A stretch of 64,000 nt of DNA from Octopus sinensis (Eukaryota), in assembly GCF_006345805.1 (NCBI RefSeq), contig NC_043014.1, forward strand, positions 41,106,001 to 41,170,000. Reading direction: 5' to 3'. Below are positions 13,385-27,737 of this stretch, in pieces. Under the pieces are notes generated by a model. It saw only the letters and a program-made list of their open reading frames with translations, did not search any database and was not told the DNA's origin. Positions within the stretch are counted from its first letter, which is position 1; each line of letters begins with the position of its first letter. Position numbers and translations under genes: made by a program.

Positions 13385-13570
13385 ATAAAAATGGTAAGAC
13401 AACAAAAGAAAGAAAGAGACCTCGATATTATGTAAATAGAGGAATTTATCTGTAAATAGCATTTCATAGCACTTTTCCGATGGCCGAATAACTAATTTCC
13501 ACATCGGCATCCGAAACTCGGAGTTATATCATGGCTACCACATAATTGTCACATATCATATTTACAGATA
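13382..13570 (+). mobile_element. Short TA-embedded element, paralogue of 50808-50992, with the hammerhead core deleted
   Basis: Aligns to 50808-50992 but lacks GAAGAGATGGCGGCGTGG; CATCCGAAACTCGGAGTT is retained. Confidence 0.75.
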
Positions 13571-13809
13571 TATATGTGTGTATATATATATCACTAATCT
13601 CCATATAAGCTCTCTCATGGTTCTTCTTTATCCCACAGACTTAGTCCTCGATAAAAAAAAAACTTCAGAGTTCAAATCATTTGACCACTACTATGTATAT
13701 GGTATATTAACCATCTCTAGATCTCTCCTATTGATTCCCTCGCCCCCTTTCTCTTTCTCCTTCTTCTCCTCCTCCACCTCCCCTTTCCCTCTCACATTAT
13801 ATATATATG

Positions 13810-13849
<40 letters not shown>

Positions 13850-13854
<5 letters not shown>

Positions 13855-14361
13855 CAGGCATGACAGGCCTCGACTATTGGGGTCGACTAGAAAAGCTAAA
13901 ACTCTATTCTCTCCAACGTCGTCGTGAGCGCTACATCATCTGCATAATGTGGAAAATATTCCATCAGCATTGCCCAAATGATGTTGGCAACACCTTTAAG
14001 GTACATCCAAGGCTTGGGCCCCGTGCCATCCGCCCAAAACAAAAATCGCACTCTCATCTCATAACAACAATACGGCACAATTATTTCACCTCAATTGGCC
14101 CCGCTCTCTTTAACATTACACCAAAACACATTAAAACAGAAACTGACCCTATAGGGTTCAAGAAGTCTTTGGACAGATTCCTTCAAGAAATCCCGGATAA
14201 ACCCCCTACACCCGGATATGTCTCTGTAAACAATAACTCTCTACTTGAGTGGGCCATAGTGCCCAAATTTTGACTTGAAAGACTTCACCAGATGGTGCTA
14301 TTAAGTTAGACATGGCCTGGGCCAATAATGGCCGAAACCTATCAAAGTATCAAGTATCAAA

Positions 14362-14362
<1 letters not shown>
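13850..14362 (+). mobile_element. CR1/L2-group non-LTR retrotransposon, 5'-truncated 3' end
   Basis: Open frame 13850-14273 reads LDYWGRLEKLKLYSLQRRRERY...GPALFNITP...FKKSLDRFLQEIPDKP..PGY, typical of a CR1-group ORF2 C-terminus. A short tandem tail (TATCAAAG)n is at 14340-14362. Confidence 0.85.
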
Positions 14363-14405
<43 letters not shown>

Positions 14406-14601
14406 TATATATGTATACATATATATACGCACACACATATATATATACTTATATATACATATATATATACATATATCTATTTATATATATATATATACAC
14501 ATATCTATCTTTCTCTTTCTTTCTCTCTCTCTCTCTATATATATATATGTTTATATATATATATATATATATATATACATACACACAAGCTTACATACAT
14601 A

Positions 14602-14647
<46 letters not shown>

Positions 14648-16176
14648 AATACACACACATACTGTTTGTTACCCTGCTGGTTGTTCTCGAGAGTTCCTTT
14701 TTTGCTTTTTTTTTCAATGTTGATATTTTGCCAGTATGTTTACGTAGAGCAACCGGATTATGCCAGAAATTACATTATTCTAACCTCAGTTATATACATC
14801 AATAATTTCAACCCCCTTCTCATTTGAATTTTTAGTACTCTTCCTATTCACCAAAGCACTATATCGTTTTTTTCCTTTAATATGCGGCTCAACTCAGCTT
14901 TATTCAGCACCTTCTTATACAGAATTCACAACATTTCACCGAGACAGTATTTTGCCTTTATCTATTCGCTCAATGCTAATAAGAATGACTCAGTCTTGAC
15001 TTCTTAAAGTCAAACCCAACGGAGAGTAGCATCATTCATCTTACTCCCCCCATCATTCCTCTCCATGGGGATTTACACAGGCTCTACGCTGTAACAGTTA
15101 CTTTGTGTAGATAAGAGAGAAACAAAGCAATGTTATAATGTCTAATCTGCTTTCTCGGATTGGTAATTTAGCATCTCATGAATCCTACAGTAAATATGAT
15201 ATATGGAAGAGTAAGTTTATACTTAACTATCAACAGTGTTACAATAACTGTTTATGTTTGTGCTTTTAGCGGAAAGCCTACTGTTGGCAGCTTTAATGAT
15301 TGCTATTAATCTAAATTAATGCATCTCAGTATGGACTTATAATTATTTTCACAAGGAAAAAAAAAAAAATGTTCGAAATTCTCTGTGTGGTATTGTTAAT
15401 GTTATAAAAATTCATTCGGGGATTTTGTAACGGAAAATCGCTTCATATGTGGATTATCTTGGAAATGGATTTTCAGGTTTGATTCAGAGATGAAATTAAT
15501 AGGAAAGATTAAAGATAGGAAGATCATGTAATGTGTATTAGTGCGTGGTGTCAGAATAAATGATTGACGACATTTAGCTGAGCAAAAGAAAGTAACTGAT
15601 ACACCAAAAACAGCTCTTTATAATTAATTTGGTAATACACAGTTTATCCAGATGCGGATAGGTTTATGTGGCAAGTAATTGTTAAATTGAAAGATTGCGA
15701 AACCGAAAAGAAACGCTAAAGGTTAAAACTACCAGTATTTGACAGCCTATGAGGTATATTCGAAGAAATATCTCCCTGTTTGATCTATATCAGATACACA
15801 TTAAGAAGATACACGTTTTCAGCTTACTCGACCCAGTATGGTGTAACTCAACCCCCCTATTTTCATGTGTATTTTTATCTAAAAGCATTATCCCACCGAT
15901 CTGAATCTACGGATAATGTCGTCTCTGTTTGGCTGCGGCTTGAAATGAAACTAAGAATTGTGTAAATGTGATGTGAAGAAGTGAATGATAAATGGAAACG
16001 ATCTGTTCTCAACGTTTGTCTCAATGACGTTTATCGTAAAAGGAAGCCTTTAATAGGTATGATATTTGATACTAATACCCAGATGGACTTAAGATGGACT
16101 AAAGGAAGCACATCATTTCCTAATCTCAGATCAATATCGATAGAATCATATAGACGTAGATACATGCTTTACTTAC

Positions 16177-16265
16177 CATTGTGTAAATTGTAAATATACC
16201 AAGTGAAAGCACAGAGGTGAACACTTCCTGTTCGGTAGGTATAATCATTTGATCATTTATTTTTT
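16177..16265 (-). CDS. Candidate internal exon of an unidentified gene (KINDQMIIPTEQEVFTSVLSLGIFTIYTM)
   Basis: Long polypyrimidine acceptor (...GTCCTTTTGTTTTAATAG), perfect ATG|GTAAGT donor, and only one open frame (phase 1 to 0). No homology recognised. Confidence 0.4.
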
Positions 16266-16815
16266 CTATTAAAACAAAAGGACAAACAAAAAATAGAAAA
16301 AGAAAACCCAAATACTTTAATTTCTGAGATGATATGATTATTTTGAACGACTATCTACTGCTTGGAAATTCTTCAAGTTTATCTAGAATTTTCTGCCTCG
16401 TATTAGTATTGATTTCTCTGATATTACTAAATCAATATAGAACTTGTTAATTACTTCATTATTCAACTTTCTAAACGAACTGTATTCTTGATAATGTTCA
16501 GTGCTTCAGGAATGCTTTGCAGTAACAATCTGGGAAAAAGTTAGGGTAAATTTCCAGAAGTTTTGACATGAGCTGCTGGAAGGCAGAAAAACGAGTTAAT
16601 TTTACATTGTACTATCCATCTTATTACTTTTGTTTTCTTATTCTACCGCTATATTTCAATCAATACCCTTTCAGGGTCCATATTTTGTTTTATATAAAGA
16701 TAAATATTTTAGTAGAAAAGGCCGGGTATTTATTTATTTCATTCTTGAGGCATTACATTGTTAAAGGGCAAGACATTGAAACACACACACACACACACAC
16801 AACACACACACACAC

Positions 16816-16940
<125 letters not shown>

Positions 16941-17128
16941 GCACACACACACTCTCTTCTCTCTTTCACATGCACACATTCAGAATTCAGCGAGAACAGA
17001 GCTCACATTATTATTCAGAAGAACATCTGTTCCCTAATGGGAATTAACAATTGACCAAATACTGAGGGATCAGTGTGTATTGAATTGAATCACAGCAACA
17101 AACCAACTCCAGTACGTATTTTTGTTTA

Positions 17129-17450
17129 GCCTGGTACTTATTTTATCTGTCTCTATTGCCAAACTGCTACGTTATGGGGATGTAAACATACCAATACTGT
17201 TTGTCTAGTAGCGGTGGTGTTTGGACGAACACACACACACCTATACACACACATACGCATACACACAACCACGCACGCACTCACACACACACACACACAA
17301 CCACGCACGCACACATACACACAACACATACATACATACACGCACATGTACGACGGGCTTCTTTCAGTTTCCCTCGACCAGAATCCACACAAAAGGCTTT
17401 GGTCGGCCGGAGGCTATAGTATAAGACACCTTCTCAAGGTGTCGCACCGT
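17129..17450 (-). mobile_element. SINE family A, diverged
   Basis: Homology to the family A body. Confidence 0.75.
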
Positions 17451-17464
17451 GTGCGTGTATATAG

Positions 17465-17775
17465 TGGAGGCGCAATGGCCCAGTGGTTAGGGCAGCGGAC
17501 TAGCGGTCGTAGGATCGCGGTTTCGATTCTCAGACCGGGCGTTGTGAGTGTTTATTGAGCGAAAACACCTAAAGCTCCACGAGGCTCGGGTAGGGGGTGG
17601 TGGCGGTCCCTGCTGTATTCTTTCGCCACAAATTTCTTTCACTCTTTCTTCCGTTGGCCTGCTCGCTTAGCCAGCGGGGTGGCGTCATTTGAAGGCTAAA
17701 ACAATGCAAATCGCATTGTGACCAGCGATGTGTAGCAACATCTGATGGTCTGGTCGGTCACGGTGATCACGGTGA
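17465..17775 (+). mobile_element. tRNA-derived SINE family C
   Basis: Head GGCGCAATGGCCCAGTGGTTAGGGCAGCGGAC...GGTTTCGATT with A/B boxes and a (CACGGTGAT)n tail. Paralogues at 26306, 38145, 42445 and 50360. Confidence 0.8.
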
Positions 17776-17814
17776 TATATATATATATGTATATGTACTT
17801 ATGTATGTGTATGT

Positions 17815-17857
<43 letters not shown>

Positions 17858-18779
17858 TCATACATATATATATACATATATGTTTGTATGCATATAACTA
17901 TCCCTTCTCTATGGGTTCATTTATTTATCAGTTTCTCTTTTCCATAACGTTTTGGTAGCTCAAACTCTCTTTAGGTTACTTTCTTTCCATGTTCTATCAC
18001 TCAATCTGTTTGTCCATAATTTTCTGTGTCTAAATCTCTGTCTATTTACCAGTTTTTCATCTACTTCTATGCCTGACTATCAGAAAGTCCATCCATGTCT
18101 GTCTTTCCATCGTTCTTTTTGCCCATCTGTTGACGTGTCCATGTCGATCTAGCTCTCTACCTCCCGCTCTACCTAGATCCACATTTGCGTACAAGCTAGC
18201 GAGCGTGCGTGTTTGTATAAAATGTACACAATCAGTCACACATTTAACAAATATGTATATATTTTTACAGCGTACGAAAACAAAATTTTGCCAATTACAA
18301 AAGCAATACGTAATTACACCGACGTTAGCTTTCATTTAATGAATACACTTTACGTCGAACAAATCTCCTCGATGAAAGAAAAACCCAAAAATCAATACGA
18401 AGATATTTGATCATTTTGATCGATTCGTCAAGACTTATTATTGCTTTGCAGATTCTCCGTATCATTATTAACTAAATTTGTTATAACGTGATATATTGTC
18501 AAGCTATAAATTGGGTCCACATCCTATGGGGACTGATAATATTCTCTCTTCTCTCGGCGACGTTTACAATTCGCATCCATGCAGTAATCAACATGACAAC
18601 GCACAAACGTAAATAGTCTAAAACAAATTGACTCTAGCCAGTGTATTTACCAACGCACCTCTGGGAGCTTTCCACTAAATTAAAACTAACTTATATTGCA
18701 CATGCCTAAGCAAACCCAAAATGCGTGTATAAAACACCAGGCAATCACATATTTTACTCTCTTTCTCTCTCTCTCTCCC

Positions 18780-18823
<44 letters not shown>

Positions 18824-18947
18824 TACGTACGCGCAAAGATACACACACACACATAAATATATATATGATATATATGTGTATATGAATACGTGTCCGTATA
18901 TATGTGTGTGTAAACAGACATGTATATACATATAGGTGTAGTGTATG

Positions 18948-18985
<38 letters not shown>

Positions 18986-19229
18986 TGTATATATATATTT
19001 ATCTCTCTATGTGTATTTATGTATGCATACACACATACATATATGTACAATGAAATATCTATCTATCTATCTATCTAACTATCTATCTATCTATCTATCT
19101 AGCTATCTATCTGTATGTCTCTCTGTCTATCTATCTGTCTGTCTATCTGTCTGTCAGTCTATCTGTCAGTAAGTCTGTCTGTCAGTATGCCTACCTGTCT
19201 GTATAGTTGTCTATCTATCTATCTATCTA

Positions 19230-19268
<39 letters not shown>

Positions 19269-19410
19269 TTGTATCTTTCATTCTTTATAGATATGTGTAA
19301 ACGTTGATTGTGCGTGTGTGTATAAATTAACCTTATAACTCCAAAACAATCCAAAGAGAAAGAGATGGAAATGTATCATATTCACTGAAAGTTGAAACCG
19401 TATGCCTTAC

Positions 19411-19434
19411 CGATTCTCATGCAATGTAGGATAG
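19411..19434 (-). CDS. Candidate 24-nt micro-exon
   Basis: Acceptor CTTTGCCTAATTTACTTCCTAG with a CTAAT branch-like site, donor CG|GTAAGG. The phase 1-1 frame (ILHCMRI) joins in frame to 16265. Confidence 0.35.
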
Positions 19435-20377
19435 CTAGGAAGTAAATTAGGCAAAGTTGTTCTTCACTAAACAAAAAATTAAAAATTAAAAAATAAAATT
19501 TAAATACAATTGAAGAGAATCTGTTGTCATCTCAAAATAAAGCCGTGTGATAGACAACTTTCCAAAGTTTACCGTTAAGCATTTGGGAATAATTCGATAG
19601 AAAATTCGGATTTATGGCGATAAACATTTTTTAATGTTTCATGAAAGCTAACAGATAAGATTGTTACGAATTTGTCCATGATTCAACAATCAGAGCGTTT
19701 AAAAATATTTCTGTAAACAAAGTAGTATAGTTTAGACGAAGCATACTGGTCTATAGAGCAAATAATTTTGTTTTTGAGCAGTCAAACCAAAGCGAGTTGC
19801 AAAAAAATAAGATGAGTCGATGGATAACATTTTAACTTATATTTTGATATTTCGGGAAATATCTTCTTAGAAAAAATGAATCGAAGCTTTTGTGATGCAA
19901 GCTACTTTTTCAGCTCTGTCTGTAGTGTGTGTATGTATGTGTGTCTTATCTTATTTCTTTTAACGCGCATCGTTTTGGCTTTTGATAAACGTAAAACTAT
20001 TTTAGCAAACATTTTGATTTACAGCAGCAAAAATATATTGATTGTAAATTTTGGGAAAAGGCCAGCAATTTTCGGGTTTGTGGGTGGGGACAAGTCAATT
20101 ACACCGACCCCAGTTCTCGACTGGTACTTCTTTTATCGACCTCGAAAGGAAAAGTCGATCTCGGCGAAATTTGAACTCGGAACGTAAAGACAGACGAAAT
20201 GCCGCTAAGCACTTAGCGCTGCACGGTAATGATTCTATCAACCCACCCCCTTAGCAGCAGAAATATATTATTAACAAATTGTGCTTATAGAAGAAAATAC
20301 TCTTGCTTATCAGAAGCACAACGACCATTACACTGTTTATTGGTATTCAATATCTTCCAAATAATTTACGCCCCCGG

Positions 20378-20703
20378 GGCCATGCTCGAGCACCGCCTTT
20401 TTAGTCGAGCAAATCGACCCCAGAACTTATTTTTAGAAGCCTAGTACTCATTCTATCGGTCACTTTTGCCGAACTGCTAAGTTACGGGGACGTAAACTCA
20501 CCATCATCGGTTGTCAAGCGATGTTGTGGGGACAAACACTGACACACAAATATATACACACACATACATATATATATACATATATACGACGGGCTTCTTT
20601 CAGTTTCCGTCTACCAAATCCACTCACAAGGCTTTGGTCTGCTCGAGGCTATAGTAGAAGACAGTTTCCCAAGCTACTTACCACAAAGCCACTCCTGCGC
20701 CTG
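20378..20703 (-). mobile_element. SINE family A
   Basis: Homology to 57-484. Confidence 0.8.
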
Positions 20704-21584
20704 TTGGTATATTTTTTGTTTCTTTTTTATCATTTTACTTGCTTCAGTTATTGGAGTGCGGCCATGTTGGAGCACCGACTTCAAGAATTTTAGTTTACCT
20801 TTCATTCGGGGGAGTGGTGGAGGGGATAATATAAGTACTAGTTGAGCGCTAGGGTAGATGTAATCGACTTATCCCCTATCCCGAAATTGCTGACCGTAAG
20901 CCAAAATTTGAAAGCAATTTCTTCCAAATAATTTTTATTATTTCAACCATTTTCTCTTCCCCTATTTCTTGTCTTAACTAACTGCAGCGCCCGTCCTTTC
21001 TTTTACACAAAAATAGTAAACAGAATTCTTTAAAATTCTCATCGCTCCTTAAAGCTCATTACTTTTTCACACATTCTACTTTTCCTCTCTCCCAGTACTT
21101 TCTCACTTCTCATTTATTTCCATTTGAATTGGTCCTCATTGTCTCCACCTATTTCAACTGGCCTGACCCCTTGAAGCAAAATTTTGACTACCCATTTCTT
21201 TCCTTTACTTCCACCCATTGCTTATCTCCCACACTACTCAAACTGTTTTCTTACTCTCTTCCGACACCTGCTCTTATATATTACTCTAACTTTTCTATGT
21301 CTCAGTCGCTTTCTCCGATCGTAGCTCCAACCTCGACAATCTGTCAAAATGAAAAAAGGGAAAGAGTTAAAAACGTCGAATGTTTCAATCAACAGAATGT
21401 AATTTCATTTGCATTTGAACAAACTTTACAAGAACAGACTACCAATAATTTCGTTGGTTTTCGAATCGTTCTTCGAAAATCTTGTCTTGTGTTCTTTCAG
21501 ATTTTCTACAAGAATATCGATGTCGAGTGAATCGCAATTTAAAGGTATTCATTGCAATTATAATGAGATCAGCATCAGTGAATA

Positions 21585-22149
21585 TTGGGTTGTCCGGAAA
21601 GTTCGTGCCGATTTATAGTAGCTTATCTTTCGACTTATTTTAGAACATGGTTGAGTCCATAAAATGGGATTTGACTACACCTCCATTTAGAACACAGTTT
21701 AAGCTATCTTTTCGCGGAAGAAGGTTTATGTTCCTATAACCTGTGTTAATTTTGTAACCCTTTGAAATGGAAGATAAGAAAGTTCATTTTCGGCACTTGA
21801 TGCTTTGGGAACCAGGCAAAAATTGTTTCAGCTTGGCTGGGATGTGTTACCTCACCCTCCATATTCACCAGATATTGCTCCTTTGGATTTCCACTTATTC
21901 AGGTCTCTGCAGAATAGACTTAATGGTAAAAATTTGAATTCCTTGGATGACGTAAAAAGATACCTTGATGAATTCTTTGCCATGAAACCACCTCAATTCT
22001 GTGAAGAGGGTATTTTCAAGCTAAAGGAAAGATGGAGACGCATTGTGCAACAAAATAGTTCATATTTGGTTGATTAAAAATGTAATAGTAAGTATTTATT
22101 GACCTTTCCTTTCCTTAAAAAGTCGGCACGAACTTTCTGGACAACTCAA
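21585..22149 (+). mobile_element. Internally deleted mariner element
   Basis: TIRs TTGGGTTGTCCGGAAAGTTCGTGCCGA / TCGGCACGAACTTTCTGGACAACTCAA with TA flanks. The N-terminus MEDKKVHFRHLMLWE (21767) is fused directly to the C-terminal LGWDVLPHPPYSPDIAP.DFHLFRSLQN (mariner YSPDLAP.D motif). Confidence 0.92.
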
Positions 22150-22451
22150 TACTATCGAATACAGAAGTCATAAATGATCTAATGGGCAATTTATGACAAC
22201 TGCACATACGGAAAAATTGGATATAAATATCTGTTTGAGATTTCATCATTAATATTTACTATTTCTGCAGCAAAATTGTGAACAATTAAAACTCGATTCC
22301 ACATTATTCCTATTAAGATATAACAATACAATGCTTATGATTCCCCGGAAAATGTTAATCTAATAGAAACACGTTTGGCAATACATTAAGACTGATTAGG
22401 GCAGTAAATCAATTAGTTACACGTTTTCTCAACTTTACATATCGGAAAACT

Positions 22452-22458
22452 ATTATTA

Positions 22459-22549
<91 letters not shown>

Positions 22550-22675
22550 GTTATTGTTATTGTTGTTGTTGTTGTTGTTGACGTAGTTGTTGTTGTTGTT
22601 GTTGTTGTTGACGTTGACGTTGTTGTTGTTGTTATTATTATTATTATTATCATTATTATTATTAATATTCTTCTT

Positions 22676-22706
<31 letters not shown>

Positions 22707-22720
22707 TTATTATTATTATT
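22452..22720. repeat. (TTA)n/(TTG)n/(TTC)n compound microsatellite
   Basis: Directly visible. Confidence 0.95.
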
Positions 22721-23612
22721 GAGTGAGTGAATGAGAGAGAGGTGCATACCATAAAAGTGACACTGGAATGCAAATATACGAAGCACAATATACCCATCAT
22801 AACCTGATAAGAGTACACCAAGCACATGCATCACAACCATATGTGCGCGACATGGGAGACCTCTTTCGGTCATTAATGACCATGGGATTGCACCTAGAAA
22901 GTTACCCTCCAAGGCACAAGTCAGGGCAAGGTTGTTTTTATGGAAGGCCAGCAGTCGCCCATGCATACTGACCTCCCCTCTCTCCACACCACTGATCTTA
23001 TCCAAAGGAAAGGCAAAGGCTGATACAGCTTGGCATCAATGATGTCGCAACTCATTTCAACAGCTGGGTGAATTGGAGCAACGTGAAATAAAGTGTCTTG
23101 CTCAAGAACACAACACCCAGCCGGGAATCGAACTCACAACCTCACGATCGTAAGCACGACGCTCTAACCACTGAGCCATGCACCTTCACCATGCGCGACA
23201 TGGTGATCTCATATCAAGATAAGCAGTGCATGACCTTGCAAGTGAAACCCGGTTATAATTTTCTTTAGGTGGAGGGGCCCAACCCTCTCTCAAAAGGTAT
23301 CTGATTAAGGGTTGTTTAAGGATGTTGAATGAAACACCTATGTTTCCAGGGGTGAAATATCCAAACTCTAAAGAATTCCTCTCAACACATTGCTATGGTG
23401 CTCCCCCACTACTTCTGCTCGTGATCAGAGATGCACATACCGTCAGCCACGAAGGGATATTCTCAACTGGTTAGAGTCAAGCAAATGACAAGCAAATCTG
23501 TGGTATTGAGCAGAATATTTGCTGTAGCTCATCTTTTATACCAAGACAAAACAATGTACATGATAACACTTCCAATCAGTTAAGATCAGAAGCCATGAGC
23601 ATCAGAGTATTT
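22721..23612 (-). mobile_element. TAA-tailed retroelement 3' region (family E) interrupted by a family D SINE
   Basis: Homologous to 23943-24370 and 44447-44545. The SINE at 22855-23187 is flanked by the TSD TGCGCGACATG (22844-22854 and 23192-23202). Confidence 0.8.
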
Positions 23613-23644
23613 ATTATTATTATTACTATTATTATTATTACATT

Positions 23645-23840
23645 AAGGTGGCGAGCTAGCCGATTCGTTAGCACGCACTATTTATCTATCGCTACGTTCT
23701 GAGTTCAAATTCCGTTGAGGTCGATTTTACCTTTCATCCTTCGGGGTCTAAAAATTGAGTACCGATCAAACATAGGGATCTATGTAATCGAATATTTTCC
23801 CCCCGCCAGATTTCAGGCCTTGTGCCTATAGTAGAAAGGA
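23645..23840 (+). mobile_element. SINE family B, diverged
   Basis: GGTGGCGAGCTAG head and GTTCTGAGTTCAAATTCC B-box region. Confidence 0.75.
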
Positions 23841-23852
23841 TTATTATTATTA

Positions 23853-23942
<90 letters not shown>

Positions 23943-23944
<2 letters not shown>

Positions 23945-24370
23945 GAGTGAGAAAGCAGTGCATGCCATCAAAGTGACACTGGGCTAAAATATACGAAGCC
24001 CAGTATACCCATCATGACTACTCGTCTGATAAGGGTACACCAGGCACATGTATCACAACCATATGTGTAAGACATGGTCATCTCATATCAAGATAAACAG
24101 CGCATGACCTTGCAGGTGGGGCCCAGTTAGAATTTTCTTCTGGTCTAGTAGCCCATCCCGCTCAAAAGGTCCCTGAATAAGGATTGTTTATGGATGCTGA
24201 AGGAACCATCCATGTTTCCAAAAGTGAATTATCCAAACCTCCAAGAATCCCTCTCAATACATGGCTATGATTCTCCCCCACTACTACCAAGACAAAACAA
24301 TGTACATGATAACACTTCCAATCAGTTAAGATCAGAAACCATGAGAGCCACTGTCTGGTACTGCATCAAA
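23943..24370 (-). mobile_element. Family E retroelement 3' region abutting a (TTA)n tract
   Basis: Paralogue of 22721-23612. Confidence 0.75.
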
Positions 24371-25422
24371 GAATAAGTCCTAGGGGTCGATTTGTCCAAC
24401 TAAAGGCGGTGCTCCAGCACGGGCGCAGTCAAATGACTGAAACAAGTAAAAGAGTAACAGAGAGTACAGAGTAAAGAGTATGTGTAAAATCCAATAAATT
24501 GAAAACTTTCTCCCGAATCTTTGCTACCCATCGCTACCATTCATTTTTAGCCATAAATAAGTATTAAAAGAAATCTATGATTTATCTAAATTTACCTTAA
24601 TGTCAAAATCAGCGATTAAAACACATACATTATAAACAAAACATTTTGTAAAATTCTGTAATCCAGAGGTTGAAGATAATATCACACTGGGTAATTGTAT
24701 ATGTTCATATTATCAAACAGATTAATAACAGCAATTCATAATGGTAAATTAGTAATTCGTTGAATTCTAAGAGCAATATTTTAAATCTTAGTGCTTAAAA
24801 TAATTTTCTCACACGGCTTAATTCGGCTTTAGTTCAAGTCATTAATGTACAAATTAGATGATTAAATAAAATTTTCTTGCGGTCATTAAATGTTATATAA
24901 GGAGGTCGTAAAACTTGACATCCACTCTATCATCTATCCTTTTTACTCGGTAGTTCCTAAGTTGTTTCAATTAATTGTTGGCAAACATTTAGACACACTC
25001 AGATCCATCTCCTTTTATCCACACATGGGGAAAGTCCATCTGGGGATCAAAAAGTCAAGGGATCAATGAGATCCAAATACACCACTACATCATACACACG
25101 CATACACACACAAGCACATGCACACACACATGCTTCACACACCTCGGAACAAACTCATTCCCTACAACTACATAGTTCAAATCTCAAAATAATCAGATTA
25201 AGATACACCACACACACACACACATGCACACACACACACACACACACACAAACTCATCTCAAAGACAAATTCATTCCTTTCAACTGCACAGTCCGAATCT
25301 CAAAATTTGCAGATAATCTCTGTAGATGCTAACGGTGAATCATTGAATATTCAGAGCTGCAAATATATCTCTACACTTCACCTCTATTTACTCAGACATA
25401 GAGATACATACATATATACGTA

Positions 25423-25459
<37 letters not shown>

Positions 25460-25735
25460 ACACACACCTGTCTACTAAACTATGCACCTTCTATGAATCC
25501 TCAGGTCGGCTGCGTGTTGATCTGAGGCTACATTTTGTCAGTAATATCTAAAAGTTTGGCAAGAATTAGATTAATTTTAAAACTCGAGACTGGTACACAC
25601 CATGACATGCGGTGCAATAAACGAATTTCATCTTGAAAACAACGCAACCCATTTAAGATGTAGCCAACTCTTTGTAAAAGAGCTCAATAAATTCTGAAGA
25701 AGCTAGCTTCTCAAACACATTGTTCAGGGTTCAGT

Positions 25736-26279
25736 CCCACTGAAAGCAGTTTTGGCTCAAACTTGTCAGACACGCGTCTCATACCCAAATCTTCAGTGAT
25801 AAGGGACTGAACTGAACCGTAACTAATCTGCGCATCCTCTGATAACTCACGGATGGTGATTCGACGATTTCCTAATAGCTGCACGCACATCTGCAATGTT
25901 TTTCTCAGTTCTGCTGGTTTCGGGTCTCTCAGAACGTTCGTCAATATAGACCTTTTTTCGGCCATCCTGGAAACATCTAAACCACTCATACACTTATGTG
26001 CGTCTCATACACTTCTCTCTATACACTTTATCCAATTTTGCGCTGACCTCTGAGCAGGTATCGTCATGACAACTTTCTCTGTTATGTTCAATGCGACGAT
26101 CAACCACCACAAACGTTCCTTCCAAGCACTGCTGTAAGCAGCGGAATTGAACTAGATCGTTAAAACTTAATACAGATACACAGCAGAGTTCAATGTCAAT
26201 CATTGTCAAGCGGCTTTATTCTGCGTGCTTTAGATTCGTTATTATGGCATCAGTCCGGATACTTATTGATCAGACTTCG
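25736..26279 (-). mobile_element. Mariner 5' half (one TIR plus transposase HTH region)
   Basis: TIR CGAAGTCTGATCAATAAGTATCCGGACTG after TA at 26280. Translation gives VYEWFRCFQDGR...ERSERP and RRITIRELSEDAQISYGSVQSLITEDLGMRRVSDKFEPKLLS. Confidence 0.88.
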
Positions 26280-26305
26280 TAAATATGTGTGTGTGTGTGT
26301 GTTTG

Positions 26306-26600
26306 CAGGCACATGGCCTAGTGGTTAGAGCAGCGGACTTGCGGTCGAGGGATCGCGGGTTCGAATCTCTGACCGGGCGATGTGTGTGTTTATGAGCGAA
26401 ACACCTAAGCTCCACGCGGCTCCGGCAGAAGGTAATGGCGAACATCTGCTGACTCTTTCACCACAACTTTCTCTCACTCTTTCCACCTCCATCTTGCAGC
26501 TCACCTGCGACGGACAGGGGTCCCGTCCAGGTGGGGAACCTATACGCCAAGGAAACCGGGAAACCGGCCCTATGAGCCAGGCATAACTCGAGAAGGAACA
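26306..26600 (+). mobile_element. SINE, family C head with a V-domain-like 3' body
   Basis: Family C head followed by CCTGCGACGGACAGGGGTCCCGTCCAGG. Confidence 0.75.
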
Positions 26601-27456
26601 AATAACTATACATACATACATACACACATATATACATACATACATACATACACACATATATATATATGTATATATATATACGACGCAATATGTAATATTG
26701 GTTACACATGTTGGCACAAAGCCAGCAATTTCGGGGGAGGGGCTAAGTCGATTACATCGAACCCAGTGCTCAATTGGTATTTATTTCATCGACAGACGAA
26801 ATATCGCTAAGCATTTTGCCTAGTGTGCTAACGATTTTACCAGCGCGCCGCCTTAATCTGCGACGTGATATTAAAGCTGGCTGAAGCAATCTGCCCTGAG
26901 TAATAATTATAGAAATGAATAATTATGACCGTTTGATGAGAAACTCGTGATAATTGGGGGAATGTGTGAAACATGGAAGGAAGATAACATTACAACCTTC
27001 GATCAAAATAGTAAAAACTGAAAGTGAGAAAAAAAAAAAAAGAAAGACCCCCTCCTCAAAAATTCACGCACGTAAGACGTCGATTATGATAACAACTATC
27101 ACACGTTTCTTTTTATGACTTTCAAATACTAAGAACTGATAGTGCTGCAAGTGTTGAAAGTCAAGACGATATTATTTATGCCTAGATAATTATAATGTGT
27201 TTTGATGGACAATTTCGTGTATTTCTCTCGAAATGTTAGTGAGTGTTACGCAGACACGGCAGAAACAGCCAAGTCATATGGCAAATAGCTAGATAACTAC
27301 TGACATTTAATTTACATAGAAGCTTATATCAAACAACACTGGCATTGTAATGCTGCCTGTAAACGTTACAGATACATACATAAATACATACATAGATACA
27401 TGCATAATACATACATACGTACGTACGCACGCACAAGCATACGTACACACATCTTA

Positions 27457-27631
27457 TGCAGGCGAGCCTGTGTGGTAAGAAGCTTGCTTCTCAGCCACAT
27501 GGTTCTGGGTTCAGTCCTATTGCGTGGCGCTTTGGGCAAGTAGATATGTATACATATATGCATGTGTATATATTTGCGTGTCTGCGATTGTCCCCGCAAC
27601 ATCGCTTGAAAACCGATGTTGGTGTGTTTAC

Positions 27632-27632
<1 letters not shown>
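27457..27632 (+). mobile_element. SINE family A, internally deleted
   Basis: Head and 3' body are joined without the middle segment. Confidence 0.7.
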
Positions 27633-27663
<31 letters not shown>

Positions 27664-27704
27664 TTCCTCTGTTTTCCCTTCTTTGGATCTTTCCTTCTCC
27701 TATA

Positions 27705-27737
27705 TTTCCGACGAAGAGCTCCGCTCGAAACGTTAAA
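27705..27737 (+). ncRNA. Minimal type I hammerhead-like motif (core variant CCGACGA), probably inactive
   Basis: TTT-CCGACGA-A-GAGC-TCC-GCTC-GAAAC-GTT-AAA, inside a ~170-bp TA-flanked element (27663-27834). Confidence 0.55.

Noticed and set aside
17465-17540. tRNA genes at SINE heads (also 26306, 41243, 45632)
   Set aside because: A and B boxes are present but there is no acceptor stem or terminator, and they continue into SINE bodies.
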